This document shows positions 58,885 to 64,000 of a DNA stretch of 64,000 bases, one piece after another. The notes under the pieces were generated by a model. That model was not told the DNA's origin. It ran no database searches and saw only the letters and a list, made by a program, of their open reading frames with translations. Position 1 is the stretch's first letter. Each line of letters starts with the position of its first letter. The position numbers were made by a program, and so were the translations under genes. Origin of the DNA: Marinosulfonomonas sp. GTDB lineage: Bacteria > Pseudomonadota > Alphaproteobacteria > Rhodobacterales > Rhodobacteraceae. The stretch is from NCBI GenBank assembly GCA_015488685.1, contig WFNH01000034.1, forward strand, positions 15,190-79,189, written 5' to 3'.

Positions 58885-59886
58885 ATGACTGTAAAAGTAG
58901 CCATCAACGGCTTTGGCCGCATCGGCCGCAACATCCTGCGCGCCATCATCGAATCCGGTCGCACCGATATCGAAGTGGTCGCGATCAATGATCTGGGGCC
59001 GGTTGAAACCAATGCCCACCTGCTGCGGTTTGACAGCGTGCATGGCCGTTTTCCCGCCACCGTGACAACGGGCGGTGACTGGATCGATGTGGGCCGTGGC
59101 AAAATCCGCGTCACCGCCATCCGCAACCCCGAAGACCTGCCGTGGAGCGATGTTGACATCGCAATGGAATGCACCGGCATTTTCACCGCCAAGGACAAGG
59201 CCGAATTGCTGCTGAAAAGCGGTGCCAGCCGCGTTCTGATCTCGGCCCCCGGTGCAAATGCCGATAAAACAATCGTTTACGGTGTGAACCACAATGTGCT
59301 GACCAAAGACGACATCATCGTTTCCAACGCGTCCTGCACCACCAACTGCCTGTCGCCCGTGGCCAAAACCCTGAACGATGCGATCGGCATCAACCACGGG
59401 TTCATGACCACGATCCACAGTTACACCGGCGATCAGCCGACGCTCGACACGATGCACAAAGACCTCTATCGCGCCCGCGCCGCGGCGCTGTCGATGATCC
59501 CGACATCAACCGGCGCGGCCAAGGCCGTGGGGCTGGTGCTGCCGGAACTGAACGGCAAACTGGACGGCGTGGCGATCCGGGTGCCCACGCCGAATGTTTC
59601 GGTGGTGGACCTGACATTCGAGGCCAGCCGCGACACCACGATTGACGAGGTGAACGCCGCCATCAAGGCCGCCGCCGACGGCCCGCTTAAGGGTGTGCTG
59701 GGCTATACCGACCTGCCCAATGTGTCGATCGACTTCAACCACAACCCGCACAGCTCGGTCTTCCACATGGACCAGACCAAGGTCGTCTCGGGCAACATGG
59801 TCCGCATCCTGACCTGGTATGACAACGAATGGGGCTTCAGTAACCGCATGGGCGATACAGCCGTGGCGATGGGGGCGCTGATCTGA
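58885..59886 (+). CDS. gap: Glyceraldehyde-3-phosphate dehydrogenase (type I)
   Basis: 333 aa. '[12 protein letters not shown]', catalytic '[10 protein letters not shown]', 'WYDNEWGFS'. Confidence 0.96.
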   Translation: MTVKVAINGFGRIGRNILRAIIESGRTDIEVVAINDLGPVETNAHLLRFDSVHGRFPATVTTGGDWIDVGRGKIRVTAIRNPEDLPWSDVDIAMECTGIFTAKDKAELLLKSGASRVLISAPGANADKTIVYGVNHNVLTKDDIIVSNASCTTNCLSPVAKTLNDAIGINHGFMTTIHSYTGDQPTLDTMHKDLYRARAAALSMIPTSTGAAKAVGLVLPELNGKLDGVAIRVPTPNVSVVDLTFEASRDTTIDEVNAAIKAAADGPLKGVLGYTDLPNVSIDFNHNPHSSVFHMDQTKVVSGNMVRILTWYDNEWGFSNRMGDTAVAMGALI

Positions 59887-61091
59887 TGGGCATCCCTGCG
59901 ATCACGGATATGGATGTATCGGGCAAACGCCTGTTGGTACGCGCCGATCTGAACGTGCCGTTCAAGGATGACGGCACGGTCAGCGACGCTACCCGCATCA
60001 CACGCTTTGCGGCGGGCATGAAGCCCCTGCTGGCCAAAGGGGCGCGCCTTGTCATCCTGACCCACCTTGGCCGCCCCAAGGGGCAGCGCAACCCCGATCT
60101 GTCCACCGAAAGCATTCGCGAAACACTGGCCGATGCACTGGGCGTGGATGTGTTTTTCACTGACGCCTGCGTCGGAGCAAAAGCCGAAGCCGCCGCAGTC
60201 GATCTGGGTGCGGGACAGGCCCTGTTGTGCCAGAACGTGCGCTTTGAGCCGGGCGAAGAGGCCAACGACCCTGCTCTGGCGGCGCAATTCGCCCGCCTTG
60301 GCGATATCTATGTCAACGATGCCTTTTCTTGCGCCCACCGCGCCCACGCTTCGACCGCCGCGATTGCAGACCAGATGACCGCAACCGCCGGCCCGCTGAT
60401 GCTGGAAGAGGTGTTGGCACTGACCAAAGCACTGGAAGCCCCCAAACGGCCCAGCGTGGCGATTGTTGGCGGAGCCAAGGTGTCCAGCAAAATCGCTGTG
60501 CTGAAAAACCTTGTCGGCAAACTGGACGCCGTGATCATTGGCGGGGGCATGGCCAACACCTTCCTGTTCGCCGATGGCGCACCGATGGGCAAGTCATTGC
60601 ACGAGGCCGACCAGATCGAAACCGTCAAGGAAATCCGCGAGTTGGCGGCAAAATCGGGCTGCAAACTGTTGCTGCCGATCGATGTTGTGGTTTCGCGCGA
60701 ATTCAAGGCCGGTGCCCGAAAGCAGATCGTCGCCAATGACGCCTGCCCCGAGGACGCTATGATCCTAGATGCCGGTCCCGAAGCCCTGCGTGATTTCGAG
60801 GCCGAACTGGCCGGTGCCCAGACCATTTTGTGGAATGGCCCGCTGGGGGCCTTTGAAATCCCGCCATTCGACCATTCGACCAAAATGCTGGCCCGCAGCG
60901 CTGCCGAAATGACCCGCGCGGGTCTGGCGGTTTCCGTGGCCGGTGGCGGCGATACTGTTGCGGCCCTGAATGTGGCCGATGCAGCGGATGATTTTACCTA
61001 TGTCTCCACCGCCGGTGGGGCCTTCTTGGAATGGCTCGAGGGCAAGGAGTTGCCCGGTCTGGCCGCACTGACACGCGCTAAAGCAGCTTAA
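59886..61091 (+). CDS. pgk: Phosphoglycerate kinase
   Basis: 401 aa. '[13 protein letters not shown]', 'THLGRPKG', '[10 protein letters not shown]', 'GGGDT'. The ATG shares its A with the gap stop (TGATG). Confidence 0.95.
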   Translation: MGIPAITDMDVSGKRLLVRADLNVPFKDDGTVSDATRITRFAAGMKPLLAKGARLVILTHLGRPKGQRNPDLSTESIRETLADALGVDVFFTDACVGAKAEAAAVDLGAGQALLCQNVRFEPGEEANDPALAAQFARLGDIYVNDAFSCAHRAHASTAAIADQMTATAGPLMLEEVLALTKALEAPKRPSVAIVGGAKVSSKIAVLKNLVGKLDAVIIGGGMANTFLFADGAPMGKSLHEADQIETVKEIRELAAKSGCKLLLPIDVVVSREFKAGARKQIVANDACPEDAMILDAGPEALRDFEAELAGAQTILWNGPLGAFEIPPFDHSTKMLARSAAEMTRAGLAVSVAGGGDTVAALNVADAADDFTYVSTAGGAFLEWLEGKELPGLAALTRAKAA

Positions 61092-61107
61092 TCAAAGGAA
61101 ACGAGCA

Positions 61108-62172
61108 ATGGCACTTATCACACTTCGTCAACTGCTGGATCACGCCGCCGAAAATGACTATGGCGTCCCCGCGTTCAACATCAACAACATGGAACAGGGG
61201 CTGGCCATTATGAAGGCCGCCGCCGCCTGTGACGCGCCGGTAATCCTGCAGGCCAGCCGTGGTGCACGATCCTATGCAGGCGACATCATGTTGCGCCATA
61301 TGATCCAGGCCCTGTCGGAAATGTATCCCGATATCCCGATCTGCATGCATCAGGACCACGGCAATAACGAACAAACCTGTTCCTCGGCCATCCGTTATGG
61401 TTTCACCTCGGTGATGATGGACGGCTCGCTGCACGAAGACATGAAAACGCCTGCCGATTTTGACTATAACGTCAACATCACCCGCAACGTGTCCAATCTG
61501 GCCCATTGGGTCGGTGCCTCGGTCGAGGGCGAGCTGGGCGTGCTGGGATCATTGGAAACCGGCGAAGCGGCAGAGGAAGATGGCTCGGGTGCTGTTGGCA
61601 AACTGTCGATGGAACAATTGCTGACCGACCCTGACGAAGCCGTTGATTTCGTGAAGAAAACCAAAGTGGACGCGCTGGCCATCGCTTGCGGCACCAGCCA
61701 CGGGGCTTACAAGTTCTCCAGCAAACCCACAGGCGAAACACTGGCGATGAGCCAGATCGCCGCGATCCATGCCAAATTGCCCGACACCCATCTGGTGATG
61801 CACGGATCGTCCAGTGTTCCGCAGTATCTGCAGGACCTGATCAACAAATACGGCGGCGAGATGCCGCAAACCTATGGTGTGCCGGTCGAGGAAATCGAAA
61901 AAGGCATCAAAATGGGTGTGCGCAAGGTGAACATCGACACCGACAACCGCATGGCCCTGACCGGCCAGTTCCGCAAGGTCGCAATGGAAGACCCGACCCA
62001 GTTCGACCCGCGCAAATTCCTGATCCCCGCAATGGCGGAAATGGAGAAGCTGGTGAAAGACCGGCTGGAGCGTTTCGGAACCGCCGGACACGCCGCGAAA
62101 ATCAAGGTCATCCCGATGGATGACATGGCCAAGCGTTACGCCGACGGCTCGCTTGACCCGAAAACCGCTTAA
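61108..62172 (+). CDS. cbbA: Fructose-bisphosphate aldolase class II (Calvin-cycle subtype)
   Basis: 354 aa. '[30 protein letters not shown]', 'HQDHG', 'MMDGS', '[10 protein letters not shown]', '[10 protein letters not shown]'. Confidence 0.95.
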   Translation: MALITLRQLLDHAAENDYGVPAFNINNMEQGLAIMKAAAACDAPVILQASRGARSYAGDIMLRHMIQALSEMYPDIPICMHQDHGNNEQTCSSAIRYGFTSVMMDGSLHEDMKTPADFDYNVNITRNVSNLAHWVGASVEGELGVLGSLETGEAAEEDGSGAVGKLSMEQLLTDPDEAVDFVKKTKVDALAIACGTSHGAYKFSSKPTGETLAMSQIAAIHAKLPDTHLVMHGSSSVPQYLQDLINKYGGEMPQTYGVPVEEIEKGIKMGVRKVNIDTDNRMALTGQFRKVAMEDPTQFDPRKFLIPAMAEMEKLVKDRLERFGTAGHAAKIKVIPMDDMAKRYADGSLDPKTA

Positions 62173-62211
62173 TCCCACGGCCCAAAGGCCACCTACCCAA
62201 GGAGACCAGAA

Positions 62212-63600
62212 ATGGACCAGTCAGATCGTTACGCAGACCTCTCGCTGAAAGAGGCCGACCTGATCGCGGGCGGCAAGCATGTGCTTGTGGCCTATATCAT
62301 GAAACCGAAAGAGGGCTATGGCGGCTACCTTGAAACCGCTGCCCACTTTGCCGCCGAAAGCTCGACCGGGACCAATGTAGAAGTTTCGACAACCGATGAT
62401 TTCACCCGCGGGATCGATGCGCTGGTATACGAGATCGACGAGGAAAAGGAGATCATGAAAATTGCCTATCCGGTCGATCTGTTTGACCGGAACGTGATCG
62501 ACGGCCGCGCCATGCTGGCCAGTTTTCTGACGCTGACCATCGGCAATAACCAGGGCATGGGGGATGTTGCCTATGCCAAAATGCACGATTTCTATGTGCC
62601 GCCGGCTTATCTGCGCCTTTTCGATGGGCCATCGACCACGATTTCCGATCTGTGGCGGGTGCTGGGGCGTCCGGTGGTGGATGGCGGCTTTATCGTCGGC
62701 ACCATCATCAAACCCAAACTGGGCCTGCGGCCGCAGCCTTTTGCCGATGCCTGCTATGATTTCTGGCTGGGTGGCGATTTCATCAAGAATGACGAACCCC
62801 AGGGCAACCAGGTGTTCGCCCCGCTCAAGGAAACCGTGCGCCTTGTCGCCGATGCGATGAAACGGGCACAGGACAAGACGGGCGAAGCCAAGCTGTTTTC
62901 CTGGAATATCACCGCTGACGATTATCACGAGACGATCGCACGTGGCGAATTCATTCTGGAAACTTTCGGCCCCGATGCCGATCACTGCGCCTTCCTGGTG
63001 GATGGCTATGTGGCCGGCCCGCAGGCGATCACAACCGCCCGCCGCACTTTCCCCAAGCAGTATCTGCACTATCACCGCGCCGGACATGGTGCTGTGACCA
63101 GCCCCAGCGCAATGCGTGGCTATACCGCGTTTGTACTGGCCAAAATGGCGCGGCTGCAGGGGGCATCGGGCATCCATGTGGGCACCATGGGCTATGGCAA
63201 GATGGAAGGCGAAAAGGACGATACCGTCATCGCCCATATGATCACCGAAGACAGCGTCAAGGGGCCGTTCTTCCATCAGGAATGGCTGGGTATGAACCCG
63301 ACCACCCCGATTATCTCGGGCGGGATGAATGCTTTGCGGATGCCGGGTTTCTTTGAAAACCTCGGGCACTCGAACCTGATCCTGACCGCCGGTGGTGGCT
63401 CTTTCGGCCATGTCGACGGTGCTGCCGCGGGGGCGACATCGCTGCGTCAGGCCGAACAATGCTGGAAAGAAGGCGCCGATCCGCTGGAATTCGCCAAAGA
63501 GCACAAGGAATTCGCCCGCGCATTCGAAAGCTTCCCGCATGATGCCGACAAGCTGTTCCCGAACTGGCGCGAGGCCCTGCGCATCAATTCGGCTGCATAA
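62212..63600 (+). CDS. cbbM: Ribulose-1,5-bisphosphate carboxylase/oxygenase, form II
   Basis: 462 aa. '[40 protein letters not shown]' is near-identical to the R. rubrum/Rhodobacter CbbM active-site region. No small-subunit gene follows. Confidence 0.97.
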   Translation: MDQSDRYADLSLKEADLIAGGKHVLVAYIMKPKEGYGGYLETAAHFAAESSTGTNVEVSTTDDFTRGIDALVYEIDEEKEIMKIAYPVDLFDRNVIDGRAMLASFLTLTIGNNQGMGDVAYAKMHDFYVPPAYLRLFDGPSTTISDLWRVLGRPVVDGGFIVGTIIKPKLGLRPQPFADACYDFWLGGDFIKNDEPQGNQVFAPLKETVRLVADAMKRAQDKTGEAKLFSWNITADDYHETIARGEFILETFGPDADHCAFLVDGYVAGPQAITTARRTFPKQYLHYHRAGHGAVTSPSAMRGYTAFVLAKMARLQGASGIHVGTMGYGKMEGEKDDTVIAHMITEDSVKGPFFHQEWLGMNPTTPIISGGMNALRMPGFFENLGHSNLILTAGGGSFGHVDGAAAGATSLRQAEQCWKEGADPLEFAKEHKEFARAFESFPHDADKLFPNWREALRINSAA

Positions 63601-63623
63601 CGCGGCAGATCACGTTAAGAACC

Positions 63624-63651
63624 AGTGGCGCGGAGACGGATTCGCGCCACT
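63624..63651 (+). other. Intercistronic stem-loop after cbbM
   Basis: AGUGGCGCG-(10 nt)-CGCGCCACU, a perfect 9-bp stem 24 nt after the cbbM stop. No U-tract. rpe starts 31 nt later. Confidence 0.45.
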
Positions 63652-63681
63652 TCAACCCACCAGATGCAGGGAATTTGCACC

Positions 63682-64000
63682 ATGACCTTTGATCGCTCCA
63701 TCAAAATTGCCCCGTCGATCCTGTCGGCGGATTTCGCCAACTTCGGCCAGGAAATCCGCGCTATCGAGGATCAGGGCTGTGACTGGGTCCATGTCGATGT
63801 AATGGACGGCCATTTCGTGCCCAACCTGACCTTCGGCCCCCCTGCCGTGGCCGCCTTCCGCCCGCATGTGAAAACCTTCATGGATGTGCATCTGATGATC
63901 GCGCCGGTCGATCCCTATATCGAGGCCTATGCCAAGGCCGGTGCCGATATGATCACCGCCCATGTCGAGGCCGGCCCGCATATCCACCGCACCCTGCAAG
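63682..64000 (+). CDS. rpe: Ribulose-phosphate 3-epimerase (5' partial, runs off the window)
   Basis: Hand translation from ATG 63682: '[60 protein letters not shown]', the canonical Rpe N-terminus. It is absent from the ORF track because no stop lies inside the window. Confidence 0.9.
   Translation, partial: MTFDRSIKIAPSILSADFANFGQEIRAIEDQGCDWVHVDVMDGHFVPNLTFGPPAVAAFRPHVKTFMDVHLMIAPVDPYIEAYAKAGADMITAHVEAGPHIHRTLQ

Noticed and set aside
56755-59457. 900-aa minus-strand ORF, the longest ORF in the window.
   Set aside because: It lies exactly antisense to transketolase and GAPDH, whose identities are unambiguous. Its translation is Gly/Ala/Arg/His-rich low-complexity sequence, typical of stop-free antisense frames in GC-rich DNA.

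Overview
This is a 64-kb chromosomal segment from a moderately high-GC alphaproteobacterium. Several proteins look Rhodobacteraceae-like: phosphoribulokinase and form II RuBisCO closely resemble the Rhodobacter/Rhodospirillum enzymes as I remember them. No database search was possible.

Gene content from left to right:
- F1 ATP synthase operon atpHAGDC on the minus strand.
- tRNA-Thr(UGU) with a decayed P4-type integrase stub.
- A lone two-domain ABC permease.
- An AT-richer two-gene cassette of unknown function.
- gapR, small ORFs and a DksA/TraR protein.
- A tightly packed minus-strand string: CheY-like receiver, 2-TM peptide, symporter-fused histidine kinase, orphan FliM/FliN-like protein.
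- A DMT transporter, a histidine phosphatase and a membrane protein.
- An ScfR/PrpR-like regulator divergent from a Liv-type ABC importer plus acs.
- A reductive pyrimidine catabolism supercluster of about 15 kb: ABC importer, dihydropyrimidinase, carbamoylase, cupin, beta-alanine transaminase, RutR with a near-consensus RutR box, and PreT/PreA. It is interrupted by a GIY-YIG gene with REP-like hairpins and contains a GH114-like hydrolase.
- accBC, aat, DUF2155-mlaD-NDUFA12-like, ridA and clpPX.
- A translationally coupled module of CoA-transferase, acyl-CoA dehydrogenase, ThDP enzyme and aminotransferase.
- cbbR and a Calvin-cycle operon: cbbF-prk-tkt-gap-pgk-fba-cbbM(form II)-rpe.

I found no rRNA, CRISPR array, IS/transposase, restriction-modification, toxin-antitoxin or recognisable defence genes.

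I do not see an unambiguous novel system. The best candidates for something undescribed are:
1. The receiver / small-TM / symporter-kinase / FliM-like string (10.4-14.9 kb).
2. The uncharacterised four-enzyme CoA module next to cbbR (48.5-53.9 kb).
3. The GIY-YIG plus hairpin insertion and the GH114 gene inside the pyrimidine operon (31.7-32.9 kb).

Many long ORFs in the supplied track are GC-driven antisense shadows. Several track ORFs start at TTG/GTG upstream of the real ATG, and those starts were re-evaluated by hand.
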